A DNA stretch of 64,000 nt from Batkoa obscura. Lineage: Eukaryota. The position numbers and the translations under genes were made by a program. The notes under the pieces were generated by a model. The model searched no databases and was not told where the DNA came from. It worked only from the letters and a program-made list of their open reading frames with translations. The stretch covers positions 124,001 through 188,000 of the forward strand of contig JASVEC010000013.1 in NCBI GenBank assembly GCA_030770535.1, written 5' to 3'. This document shows positions 35,424 to 50,092 of the stretch, piece after piece (within the stretch, counting starts at the first letter, position 1; every line of letters starts with the position of its first letter).

Positions 35424-37346
35424 CTATGGATCGCTGCCACACATTCTTTTGCCTCCTAAAAAACTCAAACTTGTATCACGATTAAAGTCTTGAAATATTG
35501 GCCACAATTTTGAAAGTTCAAAAATTTTTGTCTTACATAATTTTACAAACTTCATTCCTTCTTCACCTTTATCCAAAGTAAATGGATAGGTAGCCCACTC
35601 TAGATTAAATACATTACCAAAATGGATATGATAAAACAAATGGAAGCTTTCAGTCTTTGTATCTTTTTTTAACTTATTTTCAATCGCTGTGATAAATTTG
35701 TACAGCCTAAGCCCTAATTTTTTATAATCGGTAGCGAAGTCAAGATGCTGAATTAGTTGGTTGTCGTCTTCACTTGTTGAAAAAGTGGTTTTTAAGCCAT
35801 AAACCAAACATAATAAAGAGAATCGGAATGTATTAGCGCATAAACAGGATAACAAAAAAGGATGTTCAATAGTGTTCACGCTGCACGCCATGACTGATTC
35901 TGGAGTAAAAGAAAACATTTCGCACCTTGCTAAACCATTTAGCTTGTTTAGACTTGCATCCACTTTTGCTTTAAGTTCATTTATATTGGCATCAGGTAAC
36001 TTTAGTTGCTCTTTGATAGTTATCAATCGGAAATGTTCTTCCATCAAGTAACCAGTTATAGAAGTTATTTTATGATGGACAAGTCTGGAAAACTAAAATG
36101 AATTAGTTAAAATCGATTATTTTGATAATACTTACCAAATCATCAGGCATACCTGTGTTATTCTTTAGAGAAAAATTCAGATCTGGTAGTCCTAAAAAAA
36201 TCGATGTTGAAACCAACGATGGCCTTGAGTAATATAATGAAAGCATCCTATCTTGCGCTACACATCTAACCCATACAATATAACTTTCGAGTTGATTGGT
36301 AATAACCAGCTCATTCTGACACATATTCTCAGATAGATGTAAGCTTAGGATTTGACCAATTCTAAAAAAATTAATTTCTAAACCATTTAGTTATATTTCG
36401 CTTACCGAACACCTTCCACTAATAGCTATTAGTGTCATAAAAAGAAAAATAGAGAAAAAACTTACTATTGGTTAACGAAGACTGATACACTTCTCCATTT
36501 CCCATTTCCAAAAACATACACACTGATAACGCTTGCACTATTTCAAGGCTAGGTTCATACTTGCCTACTTTGATCATGTTTTTACACATGCTGTAATAGC
36601 TATTGTTTTTCAATGAAATATAAGGTAGCCTATTTAAACAATTATAAAGATTCAAAACAGCTGCACAGAGAGAATATTTTAGTATCATTGACTGGACTGT
36701 TTGCGACTTTAAGAGAATAGGTTCCTTTTCTGGAGCAATTAAGTATTCTGCTCGATTTTGAAATTTGAAAAAAGTTTCTACGAGCTCTAAATGGGTTTTA
36801 AACTTATAGTTATTTTAGTTGCGTTGTTATAATTAAAACCTTACCCTTCATATTATTTAAATTACACATTGATTGTGTGGTATTTGATGTTTCTATATTT
36901 CTAACGCTTACGTTATTATAATTGCAAGTTGATTCTGTAGAACTTGATGCTTTTGGAGAGCCACTATGCGACCCAACTATTTTTTCAAACGATTTAGAAG
37001 CCACATTACAATATTTATAACCTGATTGGGAATCATTTGATGCTGGAGAAGGACTATTAGTATTTGTAGTAGCAGTATCATTATGATGTGAAGGACTAAT
37101 AGCATCTATAGACATATCGCTGTTAGGTTGTAAACCAACCACTTTCTCAAATAAACTTTCAAGTCTTGCATGCTTCATCTTCAATCGATGAAAAAAATCC
37201 CTTCTATTCTTTGCTCTTGATTGAGCGTCTTCCTGAACATAGATACAGTTCACTTTTCGCTTTGAGCATATACCACAAGGATTTTCCCGATCACATCGCG
37301 TCTTACTCTTTTGACAAAATATGCATGCTCTTTTAGTACTCGCCAT
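35424..37346 (-). CDS. Zn2Cys6 fungal transcription factor, multi-exon
   Basis: ACIFCQKSKTRCDRENPCGICSKRKVNCIY; downstream exons resemble the fungal TF middle-homology region (SLEIVQAL, QDRMLSLYYSRP). Confidence 0.9.
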
Positions 37347-39206
37347 TAAATGAATTTGCTTCTTTTTCTATTTTCAAAAGTCTATTGAGTTACCGTTAAC
37401 GTTGACTAAATTATTGAAATTATTGTGATTTAGTCTATGACAACTTTTTTTATGCTTGACCATTTCATCTCATATTAGAAAATTAAATTAAGTATTGGTT
37501 TTAGGATAAATGTTTATCCGTCTTCCGGCAATTTTGGTAGCCTATTATTATTTAAATTATTAAAGACTGAGAAAGCGGCTATTATTTATTTATTTGTTTA
37601 TTTATGCTCACATTCTTTTTGTTGTATTTGATTTAGTTAATTGTGCTACTTGTCATAATTATTAATAAATTAGAAGAACTTTAAGTTGACTAAATTTTTA
37701 GTATGGCTTCTGTTTTATATTTTTAAAATAAATTTTTATGAGTGTTTAAACCGAAAGCTCAATCATTTTCTATTTTTGATCTCCTATAAAAAATATAAAT
37801 TAACCACAGATGTTTCAAAAATCAAGGTTTTTTGTTTAGTTTCAAATAGGCATGTGGGAATGTTTTTTTGGTTCATTATTTTGAACATAGTGAGTAAAAA
37901 TGGACGAGCATTACGTCCTATTCGTACTGGTAATTTTAGATGTATAAAGGAATAGTACAAAATATAATTCCAACAAGTATCCTTTAAGTTTAAAAGTAAG
38001 AGCTCTATTTTTAAATAGTTCTTTTTAACTGACGCGATTATATTATCCCAGTCTTTTGAAACTCATAAAACTGCCAGCATGAATGAGATAACCTAATAAT
38101 GATGCAGAAACACCCGCTTATCGATTTCGAAAATTTAAACCTAACTCAACTAAGAAACTTTTATTGAATTTTTTAGATTTAATTTACCCAAATTATTCAC
38201 ATTCTTAGTGTGTTTCTGTCTTTCGGTGATATAGACCACTTACAAAATCCATACAGGCCTTTCCTTTTCGCCAGAATCGTCAGTCCCTTCTATCCAATCT
38301 ATGTTTATTGGGTGGCGTATTGCTTGCGAAACCAATTTTGATTGTCAAATTATGTTGGGCAAGAATCGTAAAGGTAGAGATATCCTACCTTTATGGTCAG
38401 CTACTCTTTTTCTTTAATCATTTGTACCATAAATATTGTTACTTGAGAGCTCACTCCTCAATAAAATTTAAAAAATTACTCAATAAGTTGAGAAATAAGC
38501 AAAAAGTGTTTAAAAATAATAGCCCATTGATGAATTCAAAGACAATGAAATAGGATGATTATTTTATTACACTTCTAAAAAAATGTAAATAAGTATAAAG
38601 CACTAATTATTTAGTTCAAAGCTGCAACTCTTTAGCTTATTAACATTATATCAAAACGACAGTCCGCTATTTTAGCATTTCGGGTTTTAGGTTTAAACAC
38701 AGAGCTTAAAGAAGCTTTTTAAGTTAAACCAATATCCTTTAGCTAATTTAAAGCTATAACAACAAAACAGACCTTTATCAAGACTATGTAATAATGGAAT
38801 GCGACCATTTTAAATGGTAATACCATACAGCTTTCCTACATGCTTCTACCCAAAAAACAAACTTACAGTTTATTAAAGCTTTCATCTTTTTCACTTTTTT
38901 AATAATTTTATTCTTGTTAAACTTGATTATATTTTTTTAAACATATCATAAAAATCTGTATTTACAATACAGGAAATAAATAGCATCAACTGGTATTGTT
39001 TACTTTAAGATGGATTACAAATACTAAATCAAATAGTATCACCAGGTTAAAGTATACATTGTCAATTTACATTACTCAGCAAACACTATATAGATTTAAA
39101 CAGACCATATTATTCTTGGTATACTAATATTATATATGACTTAATAGCATTGCTATAAGAGCTATTATTTAGCCCATTATTCCAGTATTAAATTTTTTAC
39201 TGCTTA

Positions 39207-39311
39207 TATGGGGATGTATTTTTTTGTTTAAGAATTTTACTAACAATTCTTCCACTCAAATAGCGCTTAAAAAATGGAAAAAATAATGAAACCAAAAAAA
39301 ACATCCTCATA
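39207..39311 (-). mobile_element. MITE family A
   Basis: TA-TGGGGATGT...ACATCCTCA-TA. Confidence 0.92.
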
Positions 39312-39868
39312 TAACCATTTTTTTTCCAAGACATTTATTAGCTAAAAAAGGCAAATTTATTCTCAAAATTTTCAAAATCTCAAAAATAAATTTAAATTTT
39401 TTAAATTAAAACACCTTTTTAACCAAATCGAACACTAAAGCTTTCGAAAAGCTCTTAGCATTGGGCTGGTTCAATGTGTTTCCGGTCCTCAATACCCCTT
39501 TTTCTTCTGTTAATATACCTCGCTTTCTTTTAAATAAACCATACCGTTCGTTAGGATGTTGAATAAAAAAACATCTTTTTAGAAGCTTTGTAGCCCACCA
39601 TTTTATTTACCTCAAACGTTATGTTCTTAAATTAAACTATGGAAACAAAAATAACACTACCATATACTTTACTAGTGGCGCATTTATTATATTAAAGTTG
39701 GTTAGTGAACACGAATCTTCTATTGAAAGCAATAGCCGCTGCTGTTTAACATCTTGATCTAATATCAATTTAAGCTAACTTCAATTCATAAATAAAGGTC
39801 CACTTTTTGTGTTTACAATCGAATTTCTAACTTATTTTAAGATACAAGTCCATTTGAAATAGCAACCA

Positions 39869-39973
39869 TATGGGAATGTATTTTTTTGTTTAAGAATTCT
39901 ACTAACAATCTTTCCGCTCAAATAATGTTTAAAAAATGGAAGAAATAATGAAGCCAAAAAAAACACCCCGATA
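39869..39973 (-). mobile_element. MITE family A
   Basis: TA-TGGGAATGT...ACACCCCGA-TA. Confidence 0.9.
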
Positions 39974-40209
39974 TAATAGACTAAAAAAGTTCTAAAAAGT
40001 CTTAAGCAATAGATATAAAAAGGTTTTAATAAGTCTTGTTAACGCAAATATATTGTTGTGGGTGAGATGAGTGTGTTTTACTGCGAAGTCTAGGTTCAAA
40101 TTAGGCTAAAAGATTAAAGTGTATAAGCGTAAGAATAATATTCATAGTAATTATCAAAATCAACTAGTATTCATAATTTATAAAATCATTAATATACTTT
40201 AATCTGAAT

Positions 40210-40897
40210 ATGATTAAATTTGTCCCTTTCATCGTTATCTTAGCTTTGGTTTCTGTCTTCACTGTTCCTGTTCTAGCAAACTCTGAATCTCAAGCTAGCG
40301 GATTATCTTCCACTAGTGGCACCATCAATCGCGGCATTTCAATCGTATAACTTCTCTTTTGGTTCATCAGCTGGACTTGGTTCTAATTCAACTTATGGAT
40401 CTACCGGCGACCTTCCTTTAGGATCAAGCTCATCATTTAGTTTTAATTACAGTGTAGCTGGAAATATTACTTACCCATACAACTACGCTTCCTCGTCTGA
40501 CAGAAATTCTTTTGATGATGCCATTAATATCTCTAGACTTGTTGGTATAGGAACTAGTTTTGGAAGTGGAAGTAACTATAGTGGTCCTTCTGGTTATGGA
40601 TCCATTTCAGGCAACGTCACAGGAAATAGGGGCTTTGGTGTTTCTACTGGCTTCTAAGCTTCTCAAGATAATGACTCAAGTTCATTTAGCGCTTCTGTTT
40701 CAGAAACTAATTTCGGTCAATCCACTGGTGCATGTTCAGGCACCAATGCAGGTAATAGTGATGGTATGTTTTCTGGTGGATACTATTGGTCTTTTAATCT
40801 CGAACCATCTATCAGACAGAATATCGTTGGTTCTGGCACCAATTTCAATAATTCTGGTAATACATTCCCCATTATTACCAAAACGTTTGTTAAATAA
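40210..40897 (+). pseudogene. Secreted Ser/Gly-rich protein, disrupted
   Basis: Signal peptide MIKFVPFIVILALVSVFTVPVLA; frameshift near 40340; Ser/Gly-rich frame continues through TAA at 40655-40657 to TAA at 40895-40897. Confidence 0.7.
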
Positions 40898-41153
40898 AAG
40901 TACTTTATTAAATTCATATGGTTTTCATATAAGTTAATCTTTGATACTATAAAATAGCAAAGTTGACGGGATTTAAGAGTTTGTATATAAGAATCTTTTT
41001 ATTATCAAGTAGAAATTAATGGTTACTTTTAATGGAATTCACCTACATAATTAAATCAAATGTAATAAGACTTACTAGATAAAAAATTTTTTAAAAAATG
41101 GTGAACATTCATTTATTACAAAGATTTAATTAATTTATAAAATACATACAACT

Positions 41154-42113
41154 TTAAAATGATAGGCTTATTTCAGTATCCAATGTTAGATAAGTATATA
41201 ATAGAGTCCAGATAGTAATAAACTTAGAATTAGGATATAGCGAGATCTTTGCATTTAGTTGTCTAGCTAACTTAACTTTAGAATATCTAATTTCCTGTAG
41301 AAACGTTGGTGAGGTCAAAAAGATGATAGAATTTAGGAACCCTTGTAAACTTTGAAAAAAATCGGCAACTATAGTTAAGTCTGTTGACTGTATCTTTGAG
41401 AATAATTTTACCATGATACAAAAATAGCATACTACCGGGACCCCTGGATATAATAATACTCTTAAAATGGCTGTGTTGCTTTTATTACTTCCATTAGCTA
41501 TAGAGTTTGCAAATTCACTTTTGAAATAATAGCGCCTTAAGTAATACAAGCTTATTATGGTTGTTATAACACAGAAACAATAAAATATTCCGAATAAAAT
41601 CCATCCATAAAAAGTTGTATATGACCATATTGTTCCACTGGTTTCTGATTTATACCAACAACTTACAGTATCTCCTTCTTGGTGAAGTCCAATTTGTCCA
41701 ACAAACACAGGCAATAAACTCAAAAGTAGAGCAAAAAAAGCAGGACAAATATAATAGGCCCATATCGTATATCGATTGGCATAAGCCTTATGTATAAAAG
41801 TGATTTGTAAATTAACAGCTATAACTACAGTGTAAAATATTGATATTAAGGTTGAAAAAACGACACCCCAAGCACTCAAAACACATACAACATCACTATT
41901 CGAATACCTTGAGATGAATTGAAACGTTAAAAAGATGATATCAGAACACAAGACTAAAATCGAAAGCCTATAGTTTATTTTATTGTTTAATTTTTCATTA
42001 ACTTTAAATACTGCAAAAGCCATAAGTAGAGCAAATATTACAAAAATAAACGATAATACTTGCGAAAAATGAAAAACTAAATAAATGGTATATAATGATG
42101 CTTCTTCTGCCAT
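41154..42113 (-). CDS. 7-TM GPCR, cAMP-receptor/Git3-like
   Basis: Seven hydrophobic segments; C..SAW, IAVNLQ, SCWY, RVLLYPGVP, LQGFLNSIIF motifs. Confidence 0.85.
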   Translation of the reverse strand: MAEEASLYTIYLVFHFSQVLSFIFVIFALLMAFAVFKVNEKLNNKINYRLSILVLCSDIIFLTFQFISRYSNSDVVCVLSAWGVVFSTLISIFYTVVIAVNLQITFIHKAYANRYTIWAYYICPAFFALLLSLLPVFVGQIGLHQEGDTVSCWYKSETSGTIWSYTTFYGWILFGIFYCFCVITTIISLYYLRRYYFKSEFANSIANGSNKSNTAILRVLLYPGVPVVCYFCIMVKLFSKIQSTDLTIVADFFQSLQGFLNSIIFLTSPTFLQEIRYSKVKLARQLNAKISLYPNSKFITIWTLLYTYLTLDTEISLSF

Positions 42114-43086
42114 TTCAATTTTTGATAAATTGGATTTGTTTAACTATTATTTTATAGTATAAATTAAGGATAAAGGGGGATTAAATAAACTTTGTTTAAT
42201 AATACATTGTTCTTATCTTTATTAAAAGAATTCCAATAAAATTTATAACACGGAAAAAAGCAACTGTGCCAATTAAATGTGATGATTAGTGGCGGACAAA
42301 TTCTATTCTGATTCTTAAAAAATGGAATAAAAGTTATATAATAGCACCAATTTATTATCTGCCTTTTACTATTTAGATATAAGAAATATGGTTTAAATGT
42401 TATAGCAATGCTCATTTATTAAACATTGCCACAAAAGGGAGTTAAATAAAATAATTATAGATTTACTAAGTGATAAAAATAAGGGTGGCTCACAATCTAT
42501 AAATACATTATTACCAATGATAGTATCAAAATATTAGATTTAAATTATTAAACAAAGCTTACTTATTGACTACCCTTATTATGCTTTTTACTCCGTCAAA
42601 GACTACTCAATTTATTACTATTAAAATGTATCTAACATTAACTATTTAAAATTTAAAATAGTATAAAACCCTGGCTATTTACGTAGGCCCTTGTACATTG
42701 TTTTTATAAGGTAGTTTCAAGTAATCTAATTTTTTGGGTCAAAATTAATTTAAAGACATTGATTGCAACAGCAAATATTTTTTATGTTTAAAAGCAAGGT
42801 AGTTTTCCTGTAAAAAGTTAAATCATAGCAACCTTATACCCTCACCAAGCGGATTGGCTCAAAAAGCTAAAATACTTTAAAATACTTCTATATAAAATCA
42901 AATACCTAGTTTTAGAACTTTAATCTACTTATAGTTTATAATAAAATTATTGTAATCTAATTATATAAAAGTTATATCTGTAATGCTATATTTAAAAACT
43001 ATAACATCAAACAGAGTATAAGTAATCAAACTTTGAAAGGTCAGTAATTAGCAATTGTTCTTTTTTATAATTAATATTAGCTATTA

Positions 43087-43191
43087 TATGGGGGTGTTTT
43101 TTTTGGTTTCATTATTTTTTCCATTTTTTAAGCGCTATTTGAGCGGAAAGATTGTTAGTAGAATTCTTAAACAAAAAAATACATTCCCATA
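43087..43191 (+). mobile_element. MITE family A
   Basis: TA-TGGGGGTGT...ACATTCCCA-TA. Confidence 0.92.
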
Positions 43192-43345
43192 TAACGACTC
43201 ATTCAATAATTTGTACACTCATATTTGTAAATTAAAAAATAAAAAACTAAGAATTAAAAGCACTTTTTAATTACTGGTCTATTAAGACAAAAGATGATTT
43301 AAGGTCTAATGAACTATACATTAAAATGTGAAAAAGTTCAATCGC

Positions 43346-46300
43346 TCAGAAACGTTTAGCAGAGCGAATAGTGGTAAATCCATCATCACCCTTGCTTTCC
43401 TTATCTTTGTTTTCCTTAGCCTGTCTTTCGGCTTCACGAGCACGCCATCCACCTGCTTTGGCTTGTCCAAGGGCTGGTGGATTAGTAGCAGGTTGGGTAG
43501 GTTCTGGTTTTTTGGCTGCGAAATCAGGTCTACCCTCTGAAGTTTGACGACGCCATGCGTCCCCTCCAGTTGTACGGCCACCACTCTCTTGTCTACGCCA
43601 TGCATTTTCGTTACTATGTTGACGAACAGGGGTTGATTCATCCTTATTTTGGCCTTCCATGGCAGCTTTACGTCCTGGTGAGACATAAGATTTTGAGCTG
43701 GTTGAAGCAGCTGTACTGTTCCTAATAGCTTCACGTGCAGCTCTAATCTTCTCATCAGCGGCTTCTTCTCTCTCCCTTTGTTTTCTAGCGATTTCATCCA
43801 ATTTACGACGTCTTTCCTTTTCTTCAGCTTCTTTAGCGGCCTTAGAAGCTTCTTCTTCAGCTTTCTTGGCCTTCTCTTTTTCAAGACGATCTTTTTCTTC
43901 TTGTTCTCTCTTATGCTCTAATGCTCTAGCTTCTTCCATCTTCTTGCGCTCTTCTTCAAGTTCGATACGCTTAGCCTCTTTGAGATCGTTGTATTCTTTA
44001 ATACGAGCATCTTTAGCTTCTTTTAATTTGGCTTGTAATTCAGCTAATTTAATACTATAAGCTTCTTGCCTCTTATTGGTGACACGCTCTTTGAAGCTGC
44101 TATAAGAAGTTAAAATACGAGATAAACGTCTTTTGATTGCCATATCTTCATCATATTTGGCACGGCTAAGTTCAATAATAGCTTTTTGTGAAGCTTTATG
44201 ATAAGCTTTATCAGATTTAAGTTGACGTTGATAATCTTCTTCAAGGAGGGGAATTTCTTCTTTACGTAAAGCACGTTCATAATGATCGAGATGACGACCA
44301 ACAGATCTAAGTTTGCTTTGAATTTCATTCTTTTCTTTTTCAAGATGTTCAACTTGGATTTGCATTAACTTGTCAGTGTTGAGATCCTTTAATTCAACTT
44401 CAATTTTCATCTTCTCTTTAATGGATTCTGCTAATTTCTTAGCCTCTTCAAGTTGAATGCTTTCGATTTCCTTACGTTTACGCTCTTCTTCTCTAAGTTT
44501 GGACTCTTCAAGTAAACGGAGACGTTCGGCTTCTTGTTCTTTTTGTAAACGAAGTGCTTTCTCGCGCGCTTCTTCCTTTTCTTTGCGGATTTGAAGAGTT
44601 TCGGCAATTTCTTTACGACGTTCAATAATAGCACGACGATTGATAATTCTTTTGTGCTCTTCTTCGGATGATTTTAATGCGTTTGAAATTGCATTCAATC
44701 TAGCTTCTTTCTTTTCTGCTTGTACTGATGGATCAATCATGTTAACAGCACAGTGTAAACGTTTAGCAAGTGAAGTAAGTTGGATGCGCATCAACTCAGA
44801 TGGAGTCTTTTGAAGAAGGGTTCCTTCATCAACTTTGGTATTAGAGCTACTATACATATCAGACTCAAAGGTTATAGCCTTTGTAGCATGATCTATTTTG
44901 ATTGAAAGCTCCCCACGTTTGCATCCATTCATGATAATTTTTTCAATTGCAGTGGCATCATAAGAATAAGAAGAGGATAAAGAAGCAAGTTTGACAACAG
45001 AATCAACCTTGATAGAAGTATAAACTTGAGAAAGTTGTTGTAATAAACGAGTAAGGATAACTTCACGTAAGGCAGGGATGTATTTAGCTTCTTCAGGTCT
45101 TGATTCTAAAGATTTTAAAATTGGAGCGACTTTTTTGCAAATTGACAATGGGTGGAACTCTGCTTCGAGGAACTTATATAAAGCTTTGATTTCGGAACGA
45201 ACACGCTCAAGAATATTATCAGCGAGGAGCTCTTTGAGGATTCCAGAACGAGTTGGAGCTTGTGATAAATTCAAAAGGTTTGTTAAACGTGAAGTTTTAG
45301 ATTTACTATCATCAATATCTAAAAGACCAGAACGAATTTTGGCAGTAGTAATTACTGGAACTGAAAGTGCAGATAAAAGAGCTTGAGAAGAAATGTCTTG
45401 TCTTTGTTCAGTAGAAACCTTTGTTCCAGATGCTTTTAAAGTAGAATAATAGCGGTTTTGAGCAGCAGCATGGAAAAGATAATTTTTACTTACAAAAAGG
45501 ATTTTAGTTACCTTATTGTAATAGTTTATCATCATCCCAGTTTTTGGTGCATTCTTAGAGTTAGATAAAAGACTATGAATATCCTCAACTGAACGGAAAG
45601 CTTCGTGCCAAAGTTCTAATTCAGTGGCAGTATTAAGCTGTCCAAAACGAATAGAGATTTGACGTTGAAGAGATTCAGGATCTGCTAAATTAACAGAATG
45701 AGATTGATGTGCGTATTTTGCAAAGTTGGTTAAATGATGACGAAGAACTTCACTTAAACGACGGAACTCGTTTTTACGGTTGTGTTCAATACAGAATTGG
45801 AATGTTTTGTTAGTTACTTCCTTTAAAAACAGTTAACTGATTTTTTTGAAAAATGATATGAGAATTACTTGATAAATCCCTTCTAAACGGTTGTTATTCT
45901 TAAGAACGTCTAAAATATTGCGGTATGTCTCCCAAAGAAGTTTAAGATAAGGAGTTACGATGTTTCTTTCACTTAACTCTTTAGAATCTTCTAAGCTTAT
46001 TGCTCGTAATAAAATAGATTCTGGAGTTTCTAATGCTTCTAAATCTTCCACACCCTCTTCACCGATTTTATCAGCTTTGGCTTGAGCTTCAACAAGCTTT
46101 TCTTCTACGAGATTAATGTATTTCTTACATACTTTCTAAAATTGTTAAAGATAAATAAAAATAGGTGTATATGAATGGATATTACTTCTATACTCAATGG
46201 GTCAAAATTTTGAGCAAAGTTCTTGTAGCTCATTAATCCATCTTTTGCAAACTTGGATTTGTTTTGATTAACACAAAGCTCAATAAATTTAACAACAACT

Positions 46301-46493
46301 GGTTCAAGTGTAGCAGTGGTAACATTACGATTGATACGAACTAAAGCTTCTTGAAGGATTTGTAAAGCTGATGTTTCATCTCCAACTGCAAGGAGTTCTA
46401 TAATAAAATATTAAAATAAGTCAATAAAAACAATAAATTTAAACCTTCAGCTCTTTTGTAAGCGGCTTCTGGACGAAGATTATAACGAGACAT
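43346..46493 (-). CDS. TIF32: Translation initiation factor eIF3 subunit A, multi-exon
   Basis: MSRYNLRPEAAYKRAE/ELLAVG, TPYLKLLWETYRNILDVLKNN, ELELWHEAFRSVEDIH, PCI domain, long coiled coil. Confidence 0.96.
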
Positions 46494-48143
46494 ATTTAAA
46501 TTAGCCTTATAATATTGGCCAACTAGTGTATACAGTAAATTTTTATTTACTAACAAAGTTGCAATGTTGAGTATATTTTTGATAAATTTAGTTCATTGGA
46601 AACAGGCTTATTTAAAGCTATGGGATTTAGTTAAAGGATTTGAAATACTGAATTTCAAAAGTTGCTTATGCCGTAACTTTAATTGAAAAAGTGCTCCCTT
46701 TTTTTACTGAGATTTAAAAATATATTCTATTGCCATTTTTAAATATAACTTTTATTTAATATAAACTTTGAATAAAAATGGTAAATTATTTATAAAATAA
46801 AAATCTTTTAATTTATCAATCAAAGCGTTTATTTATTAAGTTATCTCATAATAAATAATAAAATGTGTATTCAAGTTTTGAATTTTTTTATAACCTTGTT
46901 CAATAATAGTAAAAGTTATAAAGTAAGCGAAAATAATTTCACTTTGAAATTAATATCTTTATTATTTGATAGATATAACAAGTAATAAAAGCTACTGCTT
47001 TGAATGATAGATAAAATAGTTCAATTAAAATTCTTAATAAAACTTACGTTTTGAATAACACTTTTTTATAATGAAGGTATTTTGTATAACAACTATAGAG
47101 TTTTCAAGATAGCGCTTTAATTTGAAAATATTTTGTATATATTTCAATATGTAAAAAATCTTGTTTTCACCTTTGAAGCCTTTAAATGATACCCTTATTT
47201 TTGAATTACTTGATTATAATGTGTTTATCTACATTTATTAGACTAATAAATTTATAGTATTAAAGTTTTTTATTCAAACCTAGTATAAATACTTAATATC
47301 ATATTTTAATTTTAAATTATACTATTTTTAATTGAAAAGTTGATAAATTTAATTTATCAGTTTAAATAATAAAAACATTAGATATTTATAGTTGTTAAAG
47401 ATGCTATAATTTAATATTTTTTATATGTATATTCCATAACTGACCCTCAAAAATAAAATTTTAATATAAGGGATAAATAGCATTTTATCTTATTTTATTT
47501 TATTTTATTTTATTGGATTAAGTGCATACGACTAGAATAGCAATTGGCTTAAATATACTTAATGATCATAGTTGATGGTTTATAACTTTGGGGCAGTGGT
47601 AATAAATTAATAATCCGTTTCAACTTGAATCATTTAAAATTATAACCTGATCTAGTTAGAAAGTTTATTTATAGAAAATATCCCTCAAAATGCACCAGTT
47701 AAATGGTTTTAGTGCAAATTTGTTTGGGAATTTTAAGCGCATTCCGTATTCTTCGAGTAAAAAAGATTAAATATTGTGAATCACATCAATTAAATCTGTG
47801 TTTTCTCCTTAAACCATTTATAACGTTTTCTTTGTAGCTTTTAAGTCTTTTGATTGGTTTGCTCACCATATCATTCTAACTCTAACTCAGTTTTTGTACA
47901 GGAACATACGGAAATGTGACTAACCAGAGGTCAAATTAAAAAATCTTTATAAAGTGATTGAATGAACGGGTTTTAGTGAATGAGGCTGAGGATGAATGAT
48001 TGGTGGTTATTTATTAGGGAACTTAAGCAGGGTAAGTACAATTCCAATTTTGCAATAATTCTTTTATTAAAGTTTTAGTGATTGGGTGGTAGTTATATTT
48101 GAGCTTTAATTAAGCTTATAGTTACCCTTTCCCAATCCATAAT

Positions 48144-50092
48144 ATGGATCAACAATATTTTCATAACAACACTAGATACAATAATAATATCGATCGTAAC
48201 AATAATGAGATTGATAGATTAAGATATAATAATAACAATGAAGTTGAAGATTCTGTTGTATTACCTCCAATAAAAAATTTCAAGCCATATTATAATAATT
48301 CAAATAATCAAATGCCTCAATTACTATTACCACGTATTCAATTGTTGAGTCCTGCAAACAATATGTATAACAGTCCTAAAAATAGTGAGTTTAGTAGCAG
48401 ATCAAAGGTGTTTAACCTCTTACAAGTATCCGCTATTCAACAATCGCAGGCTGTTTTCAATTTCAGCACTTGGTTGAAATCTCATAGAGACTATTTAGCC
48501 TCTTTCCATTTCTACTTAAGCCAATTGGATGGTACTACATCAAGGGAAGTTGCTTTTGATTTAGAAAGACTTGGTGGGGTAACTACATATACTTATTGTC
48601 AATTCCAAATACTAATTATTTATTTAGAAAGTGGAAGCAACGTGTAATGAATTGGTTACTCATATAGTATTTCTTCCTAATTCAGAAAGAACCTCATTGA
48701 ACCCCCATATTAATAAGATCAGAAATGACAATGTGTATCAAAGGACTACAACCTCAAACGCTCCTTCTCATTTTGTATCTCCATTATATAGTACTTATAA
48801 TCATAGGCTGCCTAATTCTGGACATCTTGATTTTCATATACCACCAATTAAAGAAGTAAATTTTATTTTTTTATGGTAGAAATTCTTTTAAAATTGATTT
48901 TAGCTTGATCCTGCAGAACCATCTGGAATTAGTTACAAGCCAATATTTGATGACAAAACTCACAATTATAATGACAATAGCTGGCGCCAATTACGCCCTT
49001 TAGAACGTAAATGATTTATATACTAACAAACGAAATGTTTCTAACTATTTTCTTAGCCATAGTGTTACCACCTCCAACGCCTTCACAACACCACTTTGGG
49101 CTTACTAGATGTTATGATAATAACACTATTCATATTCCAAGCATAAAAATTATGAGTTATGAAAAACCGACATTAAAGAAATCAGATTTTCATTTCTTTA
49201 AACATCCTTTTGTTTTAGTTGAAGATGCAACTGGTCACTATAGACCCGCAGTAGCTGCTGAATATTCACCTAGTAAAGATGTAAATGAAACACCTTGGCC
49301 AAAGCTTTATATTGTTCCATCAACACGATGCCCATTTATAAAATGTCAATCAAAAAAAAAGAATCTAAACGGTACTGAAAAAAGAAGAGCTGAAGCCGCA
49401 CTTAGTAAGCTTACTCACTCAAGGCTATCAAATTCAACAAGGAGCCTTATCTTACCACCAATAAATATTGGGAATAATGATCTTTTAGATAGCATTGTGG
49501 ATCCTATTATGATTTCTAAAAGGTTTTGTAACGTTGATAATAATGATCCTTCCACCCATGAAAGTAAAAGATTATCTGTATTACCCAACTCACATTTACA
49601 ATATGAAAAGGTAATTTGTTTTCCATATTTTAATTCTTGATGATTAATATTTAGACTGCTATTATACCAAAGACTCTGCCACCAATTCCTCATCCAATAA
49701 GGTTAAAAGCTTCTGCAGCCCCTGCCCCTAACAATATTAAGAAACCAGGATATTGTGAAAATTGTAAAGCTAAGTTCAATGATATTGAAGAGGTAAATTC
49801 ACCTAAAATCTTATCTAAACAATTATTAATCTATTTATAGCATATACAATCACGCGTACATCGTGAATTTTCAGTAAATGATAACAACTTTTGTACTATT
49901 GACCTCTTACTGTCAAGGTTAGTTCGTCGTCCTAACCCACAGTTAATAAGTATGACTACACCGTCATCTTCTTCACCCAGCCATTACCTTAGCCGCAGTA
50001 TCAAAGACTACTCAATTGATAATCAACTTTCATCTGGACCTGCAGTTAGTATTACACAACCTTATGAATATCCCAAATACTTACCGCTGTAG
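48144..50092 (+). CDS. DBF4: Dbf4/Dfp1-like Cdc7 regulatory subunit, multi-exon
   Basis: BRCT-like N motif (LERLGG..VTHIV), motif M HPFVLVEDATGHYRP, zinc finger KKPGYCENCKAKFNDIEEHIQSRVHREF. Confidence 0.88.

Noticed and set aside
40058..40110. tRNA-like fragment containing GGTTCAAAT
   Set aside because: No acceptor or D-arm pairing could be built.
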